From contig OZ242318.1 of the NCBI GenBank assembly GCA_965208105.1, forward strand, positions 3,680,001 to 3,744,000: a stretch of 64,000 bases of DNA, given 5' to 3'. The notes under the pieces were generated by a model. It saw only the letters and a list, made by a program, of their open reading frames with translations. It was not told the origin of the DNA and searched no databases. This stretch comes from Candidatus Latescibacterota bacterium. Lineage in GTDB: Bacteria > Latescibacterota > UBA2968 > UBA8231. Made by a program: the position numbers and the translations under genes. Positions 48,239 to 57,781 of this stretch are shown here, in pieces. The stretch's first letter is position 1. The number at the start of each line of letters is the position of its first letter.

Positions 48239-50524
48239 ATGAAATACCGGAATGGAATCGGAGCGGGACTGGTGCTGGCGCTCTTCATGTGCAGCGCCGG
48301 AGATGCCCAGAAGGTGGTCGAGGTCGAGGTGCGGGGCCACTACAAGAAGGTCGCCGAGTCCCTGATCCTGTCCACCCTGGGCCTGGCCCCGGGGGTCGAA
48401 CTCTCGCAGGAGAACGTTCAGGCGGCGGTGCGCGAGCTGCAGGGGCTGGACGTATTCGAGGACATCCAGATCTGGGGGGAGCAGGTCGGCGGTGGAATGA
48501 AGCTGATCGTCGTGGTGGAGGAGTATCCCACCATGGAGGGCATGCGCTTCAAGGGGCACAAGCATGTCAAGGAGAAGGACATGCGCGAGGCCCTGGGATT
48601 TGCCGACGGCCAGGTGATCGCCTCCAGGGACATCGCCCGTGGCCGCCAGAAGATCCTCGACCTCTACAAGGACAAGGGCTATCTGCGCGCCGAGGTCGTC
48701 GGCCGGCTCTTCGACGCCGATGAGGAAGGCAGGGTCTACCTGCAGTACGACATAGAGGAGGGCGAGAAGGTAAAAATCAGAAAGATCAACATTGTGAACA
48801 ACCAGGCCTTCAGCGCCGGCAAGATCAGGAAGCAGATGGACACCAAGGAGAAGCGCTGGTGGCGCAAGGGCGAGTTCAAGGCCGAGACCTTTGCCGAGGA
48901 CAAGGAGAAGATCCTGGCCTTCTACAAGAGCAAGGGCTACTACCAGGCCACCATCGTGGGCGACAGCGTCTATTTCGACAGCACCAGGAAGAACCTCTTC
49001 ATCGACATCGAGGTGGACGAGGGCGGCCAGTACCGCCTGGGGCAGGTCGCCTGGGAAGGCAATTCTCTCTTCGACAACGAGGTCCTGGCCGACCAGATCA
49101 AGCTCGATGAAGGCGACACCTACAAGTACTCGGCTCCTGAGCTGGCCTACCTCGTGCGCACCGCCTATCTCGACAAGGGGTACCTCGACACCGAGGTGAT
49201 TCCGGAGGAGAAGCTGCGCGCCGACTCGGTGGACGTGCACTTCCGCATCTTCGAGGGGGAGCCCTGGAAGATCAGGCGGATCAACATCCGGGGAAATACC
49301 AAGACCCGGGAGAAGGTGATCCGCCGCGAGCTGGAGCTGCGCCCCGGAGACATCTACAAGCAGAACCTGGTGCAGGAGAGCCAGCGCCGCATCTACATGC
49401 TGAACTTCTTCAAGGACGTGCAGATCCAGCCCCAGTTCAGCCCCGGCGAAGCGGAGCGCCTGGTGGACCTCAATTTTCAGGTGGAGGAGCAGCCCACGGG
49501 GCAGGCCTCGATGGGGGCGGGATACAGCGACCGCGACAAGCTGGTGGGTCAGATCGGCCTGCGCATACCCAACCTGCGCGGCATGGGGCAGAACCTCGAC
49601 TTCAACTGGGAGTTCGGACTGCGGCGCAAGCAGTTCCTCATCAGTTTCACCGAGCCCTGGCTCTTCAATACTCCTACCAGCCTCTACACGCGCCTCTACA
49701 CCCTCAACCAGCAGTACTTCGACTACTACAACCGCCGCTCCAACTCCCTGAACGTGCGCATAGGACGCCGGCTCAAGCGCCCCGCCTATTCCACCCTTTC
49801 GGTGGGCTACCGCCTGCAGTCCAACCGCTACACTGATTTCCAGGCCGGGTTCGACCCGGTTCTGCGCAGCACCGGACGCTACGCGGCGATCATGACCAGC
49901 AGCTTCGAGATGATCTACCAGCGCGACACCCGCGATCTCGCCCAGTTTCCCACCAGGGGCACCCTGTTCAGCTACAGGCCGGAACTGGCCACCTCCTTCG
50001 TGGCCGGCGACGTGGATTTCCACAGCCACGAGGTGAAAGTCAACTACTACCGCCCGAGCTGGTGGAAATTCGTTCTCAGCCTGGAAACCAAGGTGGCGGT
50101 GATCGACGGGTTTTCCAGCTACGACGACAGCCACCTCTCCTTCTTCGATCTCTACTCGCCCGGAGGCATCGACTGGTGGGACGGGCAGGTGCGCGGCTAT
50201 CCCGACCGCTCCCTCGGACCGCGCCAGGCCGGCTACCCCATCGGCGGGCGCTCGATGATGGTGTTGAATCTCGAATACCGCTTTCCCATAGCCGAGCAGC
50301 AGGTGCATGGCCTGCTCTTCGCCGACGCGGGCAATGCCTGGGAGGACACCATGGGGCTCAGCCTCACCGACCTGCGGCGCTCGGTGGGCTTCGGCTTCCG
50401 GGTCATGACCCCCATGCTGGGGATGATCGGCTTCGACTTCGGCTACGGATTCGACCGCAGGAAGGTGGACGGCAAGTCCCCCGGGTGGAGCACGCACTTT
50501 CAGTTCGGACCGCAATTCTACTAA
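48239..50524 (+). CDS. bamA: Outer membrane protein assembly factor BamA
   Basis: POTRA repeats (GN.KT.EKVIRRE), VRGY motif, C-terminal aromatic strand. Confidence 0.95.
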   Translation: MKYRNGIGAGLVLALFMCSAGDAQKVVEVEVRGHYKKVAESLILSTLGLAPGVELSQENVQAAVRELQGLDVFEDIQIWGEQVGGGMKLIVVVEEYPTMEGMRFKGHKHVKEKDMREALGFADGQVIASRDIARGRQKILDLYKDKGYLRAEVVGRLFDADEEGRVYLQYDIEEGEKVKIRKINIVNNQAFSAGKIRKQMDTKEKRWWRKGEFKAETFAEDKEKILAFYKSKGYYQATIVGDSVYFDSTRKNLFIDIEVDEGGQYRLGQVAWEGNSLFDNEVLADQIKLDEGDTYKYSAPELAYLVRTAYLDKGYLDTEVIPEEKLRADSVDVHFRIFEGEPWKIRRINIRGNTKTREKVIRRELELRPGDIYKQNLVQESQRRIYMLNFFKDVQIQPQFSPGEAERLVDLNFQVEEQPTGQASMGAGYSDRDKLVGQIGLRIPNLRGMGQNLDFNWEFGLRRKQFLISFTEPWLFNTPTSLYTRLYTLNQQYFDYYNRRSNSLNVRIGRRLKRPAYSTLSVGYRLQSNRYTDFQAGFDPVLRSTGRYAAIMTSSFEMIYQRDTRDLAQFPTRGTLFSYRPELATSFVAGDVDFHSHEVKVNYYRPSWWKFVLSLETKVAVIDGFSSYDDSHLSFFDLYSPGGIDWWDGQVRGYPDRSLGPRQAGYPIGGRSMMVLNLEYRFPIAEQQVHGLLFADAGNAWEDTMGLSLTDLRRSVGFGFRVMTPMLGMIGFDFGYGFDRRKVDGKSPGWSTHFQFGPQFY

Positions 50525-50719
50525 GGCTCCGCGGGACGGACCGCGGCGCCCGCCGCGATGTCCGGACCGGATCCCTGAAACCCCTGGCGAAAATTCTCGC
50601 ACGGACGGGACCCTTCAGAACGGGGACCCCGGGATGGTCCTCCTCCCGGCTCCGGTGGCCGGGGCCGGGTTGGAAAGGAATCGCGGGCTCCCCTTTTTTG
50701 GTTTCGAAAAGGAGACACC

Positions 50720-51268
50720 ATGAAACGAACCGCCCTTTACCTCATGGCCCTGGCACTGGTCTTCCAGTCTGCCCCGGTGCAGGCCGAATTGAAGGTGGGC
50801 TACATCGATTCGGACGTGGTCAAGGACCGCCTGCCCGAGTTCAGAGAGTCCCAGCGCAAGCTCGATCAGCTGCTCCAGGAGTACGAGCGCGAATCCACCG
50901 ACCGCCAGAGCAAACTGGTCAAGCTGCAGCAGGATTTCCAGAGACAGGAGCTTCTGATGAGCGAAGCCCGAAGGGAGCAATTGCAGTCGGAGCTGGATGA
51001 GGAGATTCGCCTGCTGCAGGATTTCAACGTGCAGAAATTCGGGCCCGAAGGGGATTTGGTGCGCAAGAACATCGAACTGTCCGGACCCATTTTCGAGCAG
51101 GTCAACAGGGCGCTGCAGGCCATCGGCAGGGAGGACGGCTACGACTTCATCTTCGACGTCGCCGGCACCGGAGCGATCGTTTTCGTCGCCGAGGGGAAGT
51201 TCAATCTGACCGAGCGCCTATTGAGCCGTCTCGAGGAAGAACGCGAAGAACGGGAGAAGGGAAAATGA
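50720..51268 (+). CDS. skp: Periplasmic chaperone Skp/OmpH
   Basis: Signal peptide, KVGYID, coiled coil, GYDFIFD; follows bamA. Confidence 0.88.
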   Translation: MKRTALYLMALALVFQSAPVQAELKVGYIDSDVVKDRLPEFRESQRKLDQLLQEYERESTDRQSKLVKLQQDFQRQELLMSEARREQLQSELDEEIRLLQDFNVQKFGPEGDLVRKNIELSGPIFEQVNRALQAIGREDGYDFIFDVAGTGAIVFVAEGKFNLTERLLSRLEEEREEREKGK

Positions 51269-51717
51269 CGACTGCTGCGCCCCCCTATTCTGTGGAAGCC
51301 ATTAAGGAGGTTTTGCCCCACCGCCACCCCATGCTGCTGCTGGACCGGGTCGATGAGCTGGTGCCCGGGGAACGCATCGTTGCCTGCAAGAACGTGAGCG
51401 CCAACGAGCCATTCTTCCAGGGGCACTTCCCGACCTTCGCGGTCATGCCCGGGGTGCTGATCCTGGAGGCCCTGGCCCAGGCCGGAGCCTTCATGATGCT
51501 GAAGAGCTTCGACGATCCCTCCGGCAAGGTGCCGCTCTTCGCCGGGATCGACCGGGCGAGGTTCAGGAGGCAGGTGGTCCCGGGCGATCAGCTCCGGCTC
51601 GAGTTGAGCGTGCTGCGCCGGCGGGGAGCATCGTGCAAGCTTTCCGCCAAAGCCTTCGTGGGCGATGAGGTGGCCGCCGAGGCGGAGATTCTGGCCTTCG
51701 TCGGCGATGCCGCTTGA
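51265..51717 (+). CDS. fabZ: 3-hydroxyacyl-ACP dehydratase
   Basis: LPHRHPMLLLDRV, NEPFFQGHFP...MPGVLILEALAQ, FRRQVVPGD. Confidence 0.96.
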   Translation: MTTAAPPYSVEAIKEVLPHRHPMLLLDRVDELVPGERIVACKNVSANEPFFQGHFPTFAVMPGVLILEALAQAGAFMMLKSFDDPSGKVPLFAGIDRARFRRQVVPGDQLRLELSVLRRRGASCKLSAKAFVGDEVAAEAEILAFVGDAA

Positions 51718-51725
51718 AGGGCGCC

Positions 51726-52856
51726 TCAGGGTCTTCTGGGAAGGAAGAAGGCGAGCACGGCGGGACAGATGGACGACAGGGAAAGGTACTTGAGTGTCTG
51801 CGCCACCCCGATGTGGTCGGCGGCGTAGCCGATCAGGGGCAGGGTGAGGCTGGCCACCCCCCAGCTGAATCCCAGCGGCAGGCTGGAGGCCAGGCTCGAG
51901 TTGTCGGGGGAGAGTTCCTGTGCCATGGCCACCAGCACCGAGTTGGAGGCCATGATCATGCCGCCGCCGGCGACCAGAAAAAGGTATCCCATGGCTCCAT
52001 CGGCATGGACGTAGCCGTAGAGGGCCGGGGCGGCCAGGAAGATCGAGCCCCAGACCAGCGGCCTGGGGTCCACGCGGTCGGCCAGGTAGCCCACGATCAG
52101 ACTGCCGACAACTCCCGAGATATTGTAGACAGCCAGGGGGACCGCTCCCTCCACCAGGGAGAGGCCGCGCTCCCTGCCGAGCAAGGTCAGGTAGAAGGCG
52201 AATCCCATGGCGGTGATCGAGCGCAGGACCACCACCAGGGTTATCAGCAGGAGCGGAAGGGCCTTCGGCCCCAGGCTTGCCCACAGGGAAGTGGTCCTGC
52301 TGCGGCGGGCGCCGGGATTGTCCATGGGAATGAATTTGATCAGCAGGAAGGCGGTCACGAGTCCGGGCAGGGCGACAAACGGCAGGTGCTCCAGACCGAA
52401 CCGGGTGACGTAGTAGGAAGCCCAGAGAGGAGTCAGTCCCAGGCCCATGGTTCCGCCGAAGATGAAGAGGGCCAGGCCGAAGGAGCGGCGGTGGCCGCTC
52501 AGCTCACCGGCCATGGAAAAGGACTGTGGGTGAAAGGCGGATACGCCCAGGCCTGCCAGGGCGAGGACTAGGACGAGGACGGCGTAGTTCGGCGCAATGC
52601 CGAGGAGAGGGCTGAAGAGAGCCGCCAGGAGGGCGCCGGCGACGACGAGGTAGCGCCGGGACATGCGGTCCGCCCACAGGCCCATGAGGGGCTGGCTCAG
52701 GTTGCACAGGGAGGTGATGGTGCCGAGGAACCCGGCAAAGGCCAGACTCAGCCCGAGACGCTCGTTGACCAGGGGAAGCAGCGGGGCCAGAAGGGTGGCG
52801 TAGCTGTCGACGCAGAAGTGGGACAGGGTCGCCAGGAATAGACGGGATTTCTGCAT
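51726..52856 (-). CDS. MFS transporter (Fsr-like)
   Basis: HF.VD, QP..G..ADR, AFHP motifs; about 12 TM segments. Confidence 0.85.
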   Translation of the reverse strand: MQKSRLFLATLSHFCVDSYATLLAPLLPLVNERLGLSLAFAGFLGTITSLCNLSQPLMGLWADRMSRRYLVVAGALLAALFSPLLGIAPNYAVLVLVLALAGLGVSAFHPQSFSMAGELSGHRRSFGLALFIFGGTMGLGLTPLWASYYVTRFGLEHLPFVALPGLVTAFLLIKFIPMDNPGARRSRTTSLWASLGPKALPLLLITLVVVLRSITAMGFAFYLTLLGRERGLSLVEGAVPLAVYNISGVVGSLIVGYLADRVDPRPLVWGSIFLAAPALYGYVHADGAMGYLFLVAGGGMIMASNSVLVAMAQELSPDNSSLASSLPLGFSWGVASLTLPLIGYAADHIGVAQTLKYLSLSSICPAVLAFFLPRRP

Positions 52857-53099
52857 GGGGATCCGGTTGGGATGAAGCTGCCAGTGCGGTTCGGCCGGGA
52901 GCCGGGGCCGCCGTGGCGGTGCCGCGGGGCCTGAGGCGAGGACGGGTCTCTCGCGGGCCTCGGGTTGGTCCCCGATGCCCCATGCCGTGAAATTGGGCTC
53001 GACAAGGGACGAGGCAGAGGACGGCAGAGCGCGGTTGGGTACCGGGCCCCCGGCCGCTCTTCCGTCCTCTGCCTCGCAGTCGGTTATCCAGGCCCCGGT

Positions 53100-54077
53100 T
53101 TATTTCTTGCTGGCGGCCACCTTGTTGCGCAGTACGCCGATTTTGGAGATTTCGATTTCCACCCGGTCTTTGGGCTTCATGAACTCGCCCGTGGTGGCGC
53201 CGACCCCGGAGATGGTGCCCGTGCTGATGAGGTCGCCCGGCTCCAGGGTGATGATGGCCGAGATATACTCGATGATCATGGAGACCGGGTAGAGCATCTG
53301 GCCGGTGTTGTTGTGCTGGCGGCGCTCGCCGTTGATGAAGGTGCTGATATCCAGGGTCTGGGGGTCGGGGATCTCGTCGGTGGTGACGATCCAGGGGCCG
53401 TGCGGAGCGAAGGTGTCGAGCCACTTGCCGTTGAGCCAGTCGAACCATTTGTCCTGGTCGCGGCTGTCGGTGCGTTTCTTGATCAGCAGGTCGCGCTCGG
53501 AGACGTCGTTCATGATGGTGTAGCCGGCCACGTACCTGAGGGCGTCCTTGGCCTTCACCCCCTTGGCCTTGCGGCCGATCACCACGGCCAGTTCGCCTTC
53601 CCAGTCAATGGAGCGGGCGACCGGCGGGATCAGGATGCTGTCCTCGGGGTTGATCACCGTGGTGGTGGGGGGCTTCATGAACACCCGCGGTGTCTCCTTG
53701 TCCTGAATCTCCAATTTCCTGGTGCCGCCCTCCTCGATGTGGTCCTGGTAGTTGCCGGCAAGGCAGAAGACCTTGCGCGGGTTGGGGACCGGCGCTCTGA
53801 GTTTGACCCGGCTCACCAGGTGGGTGCGCCTGCCGTCGGCCCTGGGCTCGGACCCCAGGCGTTCCTCCTCCGCATTCGCCGCCTTTTTGGCCGCGGCAAT
53901 GCCCTTCCTGCCTGCTTCGAGCAGGGTGATCATGTCGGTGAAGAAGGGGTGAGGTCTGCGCTTCTCCCGGCGCGCCAGGGCGCGGTCGGCAGCTTTCAGA
54001 TCGACCACGATGCGGCCGTCGGCCACTACGGCGCCCACCGCTTCCTGCTTTTTGATGGCGTAGGTCGTAAGCTTCAT
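53100..54077 (-). CDS. Fumarylacetoacetate hydrolase family protein
   Basis: NY.DH, FMKP, DWEGELAVVIG, NDVSER, GK..DTF.P.GP, GDLISTGT. Confidence 0.93.
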   Translation of the reverse strand: MKLTTYAIKKQEAVGAVVADGRIVVDLKAADRALARREKRRPHPFFTDMITLLEAGRKGIAAAKKAANAEEERLGSEPRADGRRTHLVSRVKLRAPVPNPRKVFCLAGNYQDHIEEGGTRKLEIQDKETPRVFMKPPTTTVINPEDSILIPPVARSIDWEGELAVVIGRKAKGVKAKDALRYVAGYTIMNDVSERDLLIKKRTDSRDQDKWFDWLNGKWLDTFAPHGPWIVTTDEIPDPQTLDISTFINGERRQHNNTGQMLYPVSMIIEYISAIITLEPGDLISTGTISGVGATTGEFMKPKDRVEIEISKIGVLRNKVAASKK

Positions 54078-54340
54078 TCGCTTCCTCCGGGGAAGGTCGT
54101 TGTTGGGGTGCAGTACTTTCCAGTACTTGCTGACAGTCGCTCTCTTGAGCACACTATTCTAAGCCAGGGGAATTGGCCTGTCAAATAATCGGCCACCCCG
54201 CTCGATAACGTCGCCGGCCGTCCGGGTTTCGTTCGGCAGCTGCCGCCCCGCAAGCCCGGAGTGCCGGCCGGATCCCTTCCCGGGACGCGGCTGAAAGGCT
54301 GCCCGGGGCCGGGGTCCCGTCGCCTGGAGGCACCTCCTGC

Positions 54341-54916
54341 ATGGCTGGAAAAATGAACTATTCCCTGCACGAGACCGCGTGCGTGGATGCGCCCTGCGAA
54401 ATCGGGGCGGGGACCAGGATCTGGCATTTTTCCCACATCATGTCCGGCGCGCGCATCGGCGAGAACTGCACCCTGGGCCAGAATGTCCACATCGGCCCCG
54501 GCGTGCGCATCGGCGACGGCTGCAAGATTCAGAACAATGTCTCGGTGTTCAGGGGGGTGACCATGGAGGACCGCGTGTTCTGCGGTCCCTCCGTGGTATT
54601 CACCAATGTGGTCAATCCACGCGCCTTCATCGAACGCAAGCACGAGTTTGAGCCCACCTTGGTCAGGGAAGGCGCCACCCTGGGCGCCAACTCCACCATC
54701 GTCTGCGGAGTCACCATCGGCGCCTATGCCCTCGTCGGCGCCGGCGCGGTGGTCACCGGCGACGTGCCGGACCATGCGCTGGTATACGGGGCTCCTGCCC
54801 GCCGGGAAGGATGGGTTTGCCGCTGCGGCGCCGTCCTGTCCGGGGAGCCTCTCGCCTGCCCGGACTGCGAGTGCCTCTACCGGCTCGACGCGCAGGGCCG
54901 CATCGTCCGGATTTGA
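54341..54916 (+). CDS. Hexapeptide-repeat sugar N-acetyltransferase (WbpD/WlbB-like)
   Basis: [38 protein letters not shown]-terminal CxC...CxxC. Confidence 0.88.
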   Translation: MAGKMNYSLHETACVDAPCEIGAGTRIWHFSHIMSGARIGENCTLGQNVHIGPGVRIGDGCKIQNNVSVFRGVTMEDRVFCGPSVVFTNVVNPRAFIERKHEFEPTLVREGATLGANSTIVCGVTIGAYALVGAGAVVTGDVPDHALVYGAPARREGWVCRCGAVLSGEPLACPDCECLYRLDAQGRIVRI

Positions 54917-55023
54917 GGCCATGCCCTGGTCCGGTGTCGAGGTGCCCGGGCCGGGATGGCGCGGCGCCGGAGGTCAGGGGTATTGGGGGACTAGCAGCCC
55001 GGATGGACTTTATCAACGGGCTG

Positions 55024-55677
55024 TTAGGGAAGGCCGAGGAACTTGTGGATGCGGCAGGATAGGCGCCAGCGGGGATGGCGGGTGAGGATTTCCCGGGCCT
55101 TGCGGAAGTATTGAGGCTCGGAGGATTCGGGCTGGAGATAGACGTGGTCGGCCAGCTCTTCCTGGACCCGGTCTTCGCGGAAGGACTTGCCGACTATGTA
55201 TTTCAATTCGGTGATGCGGACGAATCCATCGACGATGGGAAAGCGCTTTGGAGACACGGTCCAGTGGTCGATCAGGTCGAAGAGGCGTGGATCAGGCCGG
55301 GTGACCCCGTTGGTTTCAATGTGAAGCAGGTAGTCCATTTCCCTGAGCCGGCGGCACAGAGGTTCGATATTCTGGCCCAGTGGCTCGCCCCCCGTAAGGC
55401 AGACCCAGGGAGCGGGATGACCCTGGACCTCGGCGGTGATCTGATCCAGGTCCATCTCGGTGTAGTCGTCGAATTCGGTGTCGCAGAACTTGCAGCGGAG
55501 ATTGCATTTTGCCAGGCGGATGAAGATGGTGGGCTGGCCGACGCGCAGGCCCTCGCCTTCGATCGAGTAGAATATCTCGTTGACCTGCAGGAGTCGTCCG
55601 CCGGGGCGCCAGAGGGGACGGCGGTCGGGGATTTCGTCGGGGATTTCGCCGCTGCGAACGGAAGTGAGTGCTGTCAT
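55024..55677 (-). CDS. queE: 7-carboxy-7-deazaguanine synthase (radical SAM)
   Basis: EIFYSIEGEG, FIRL..CNLRCKFCDT, LTGGEP, IETNG, TVSPK, YLQP. Confidence 0.92.
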   Translation of the reverse strand: MTALTSVRSGEIPDEIPDRRPLWRPGGRLLQVNEIFYSIEGEGLRVGQPTIFIRLAKCNLRCKFCDTEFDDYTEMDLDQITAEVQGHPAPWVCLTGGEPLGQNIEPLCRRLREMDYLLHIETNGVTRPDPRLFDLIDHWTVSPKRFPIVDGFVRITELKYIVGKSFREDRVQEELADHVYLQPESSEPQYFRKAREILTRHPRWRLSCRIHKFLGLP

Positions 55678-55884
55678 CGAGGTCTTGTCGTCTGGTGCCG
55701 GCGTGATGGGCTGCGGTGGTCGGCGGCGAGGCGGGACCAGGTCCCCGGGACCTGGCGGGGGTCGGCCGCAAGCTCGGCCCCCGGGCCGGACTCCCGTGCC
55801 CATGGATGATCCGGTATGGGCGCTGGCCTCCGCGGCCCCGGACCAGCTCCCCCGGGTCTTGCGGAATTGCCACCGGGCGCAGGG

Positions 55885-56052
55885 CTAGTGTGCCGTCGCA
55901 GAGATAGGTTGACGCAATTGGGCCGCCGAGGCGCCAGGCTCACAAGGCGCCTGAGCAAGTCGTACCAGTGGTGTACGGCGAGTGAAGGCAACGCCGTGAG
56001 CCGGGATGGATCGGCGGAATAATGGCGACATATTTCTGCGACTGCACACTAG
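55885..56052. mobile_element. MITE (168 bp) with terminal inverted repeats, bounded by CTAG at both ends
   Basis: Left CTAGTGTGCCGTCGCAGAGATAG versus reverse complement of right end CTAGTGTGCAGTCGCAGAAATAT (20/23 match); no ORF of note. Confidence 0.8.
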
Positions 56053-56077
56053 AAACAAAGGGGAAGCGGGAATCCGG

Positions 56078-56764
56078 TCAAGATTCCCCGCGCCAGGGGA
56101 CCTGGACCTCGTAGTCCAGCGGGTCGCGGACTTCGTTGGCGCGAAAGGCCGCGATGCGCTCGGCGCAGGCGTCACAGCGTCCGCAGGCCGGCCGCCGGCC
56201 CTGGTAGCAGGTGTGGGTGAGTTCGTAGGGCACCTCCAGTTCAAGACCCAGGGCGATGACCTCGGTCTTCCACTTCTCGACGAAGGGGGTGTGGACCTTG
56301 AAGGGAAGGGGTTGGGAGGCTCCCAGCCGCAGGGCTTGTTCCAGGATGTCGTAGAACTCCCGCCGGCAGTCCCTGTAGGCCTCGTGGTCGTCGCGCACGG
56401 GTGCGATGTAGAGGTCGTGAATGCCGCGGGTCTCGGCGTAGGCGGCGGCCGCGGTGACGAGGAGCATGTTGCGCATCGGGACGACCGTGCTGCCCTGGCG
56501 CCTGTCGAGGGCGGCCGGGACTTCGACCCGGGCATCGGTGAGAGGATTGCCGGCGATGGAGGTGAGGTCGAGCTTGATGACCTTGTGACCGCGGGCGCCG
56601 GCGCGGGCGCTCAGGCGGGCGGCGTATTCGAGCTCGATGCGGTGGCGCTGGTGGTAGTCGACGGAGATGGTGAAGATGTCGCCGGTGATGTGCTTTTTGA
56701 TCCACCACAGGCAGGTGGCCGAGTCCATGCCGCCGCTGAGTAGGAGGGCTGCGCTCGAGGACAT
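56078..56764 (-). CDS. queC: 7-cyano-7-deazaguanine synthase
   Basis: SGGMDS, DY.QRH..EL, VP.RN, Y.DCR, CY....CG.C.AC..R. Confidence 0.95.
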   Translation of the reverse strand: MSSSAALLLSGGMDSATCLWWIKKHITGDIFTISVDYHQRHRIELEYAARLSARAGARGHKVIKLDLTSIAGNPLTDARVEVPAALDRRQGSTVVPMRNMLLVTAAAAYAETRGIHDLYIAPVRDDHEAYRDCRREFYDILEQALRLGASQPLPFKVHTPFVEKWKTEVIALGLELEVPYELTHTCYQGRRPACGRCDACAERIAAFRANEVRDPLDYEVQVPWRGES

Positions 56765-56966
56765 GGTTATTGAATGCCCGGAAATAGATCGGGCTTGAAG
56801 TTGGATTGGTCTCTATATTAGTGTCTGGGAAAGGGGACGGCCCACAGGTGGTCCCCGGGTTGATGATAAGGCCCGCGGCAGGAGGAATCAAGGAAGAAGC
56901 CGCAAGGACGGGTCCCTCCACCGGGCCGGAGAAACGGGAAGTTCATCCACTTCCATTCGACAGCCG

Positions 56967-57680
56967 ATGACTGAGCAGATCAAGGTGGATCCTGTCCGGG
57001 ACGGTTCGGGGGGCAAGCCGAAACTGAGACCGCTGGTCAGGTTGCGCAGGACGATTACCGCGGGAATAACCATCATCGTTCCCCTGTGGATCACGGTTTT
57101 CGTGCTGGCGAAGCTCTTCAACTGGGCGGACGGCTTTTCCTCGCCCCTCATCAGGCAGTTCGTCGGCAAGCTCGGCTATCCCGACTTTCACATTCCCGGG
57201 CTGGGGTTCCTCCTCACCTTCGTCATTCTTTGGGTGGTGGGGGCATTCACCACAAATGTGGTGGGAAAGCGGGTGCTGCAGAACGCCCGGGAGGCCCTGG
57301 AACGGCTGCCGGTGGTGCGCACCATCTATACTCCCGTGCAGACCCTCATGGATACCATGACCTCCCCGCAGAAGGCTGGTTTCAAGAAGGTGGTCATGGT
57401 GGAATACCCGCGCAAAGGCACCTGGGCCCTTGGTTTTCTCGCCTGCGATGTTCCCCGGGAGGGGAATGACGGCGAGGCCTATAGCATCTTCGTACCCACG
57501 GCGCCCAACCCCACCACCGGTTTCATCCTGATCGTCTCCGGGGAGGAGATAAGGAACACCGACCTCAGCGTGGAGGCGGGGTTTCAACTGATGCTGTCGG
57601 GCGGGGTGGCGGTGCCCCCTTCCCTGACCATGCCGGCGGATTCCCCGGACGGTCAGCCTGCCGAACGCGGTCCCTCCTGA
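56967..57680 (+). CDS. DUF502 membrane protein
   Basis: P..IT, P.VR.IY, VEYPR.G, FVPT.PNPTTGF, SGG. Confidence 0.85.
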   Translation: MTEQIKVDPVRDGSGGKPKLRPLVRLRRTITAGITIIVPLWITVFVLAKLFNWADGFSSPLIRQFVGKLGYPDFHIPGLGFLLTFVILWVVGAFTTNVVGKRVLQNAREALERLPVVRTIYTPVQTLMDTMTSPQKAGFKKVVMVEYPRKGTWALGFLACDVPREGNDGEAYSIFVPTAPNPTTGFILIVSGEEIRNTDLSVEAGFQLMLSGGVAVPPSLTMPADSPDGQPAERGPS

Positions 57681-57781
57681 AATACACCCTCCGGCCGCAA
57701 CCCGGGCCCGGTTGCGGCCTGGCCGCGCCCGGTCATGCGCCATCCCCCACCTGACCTGGAGGGGAAGGCGCGTCTCACAGC

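Noticed and set aside
56765-56966. preQ1 riboswitch upstream of queC
   Set aside because: No recognisable preQ1 stem with A-rich tail could be seen.
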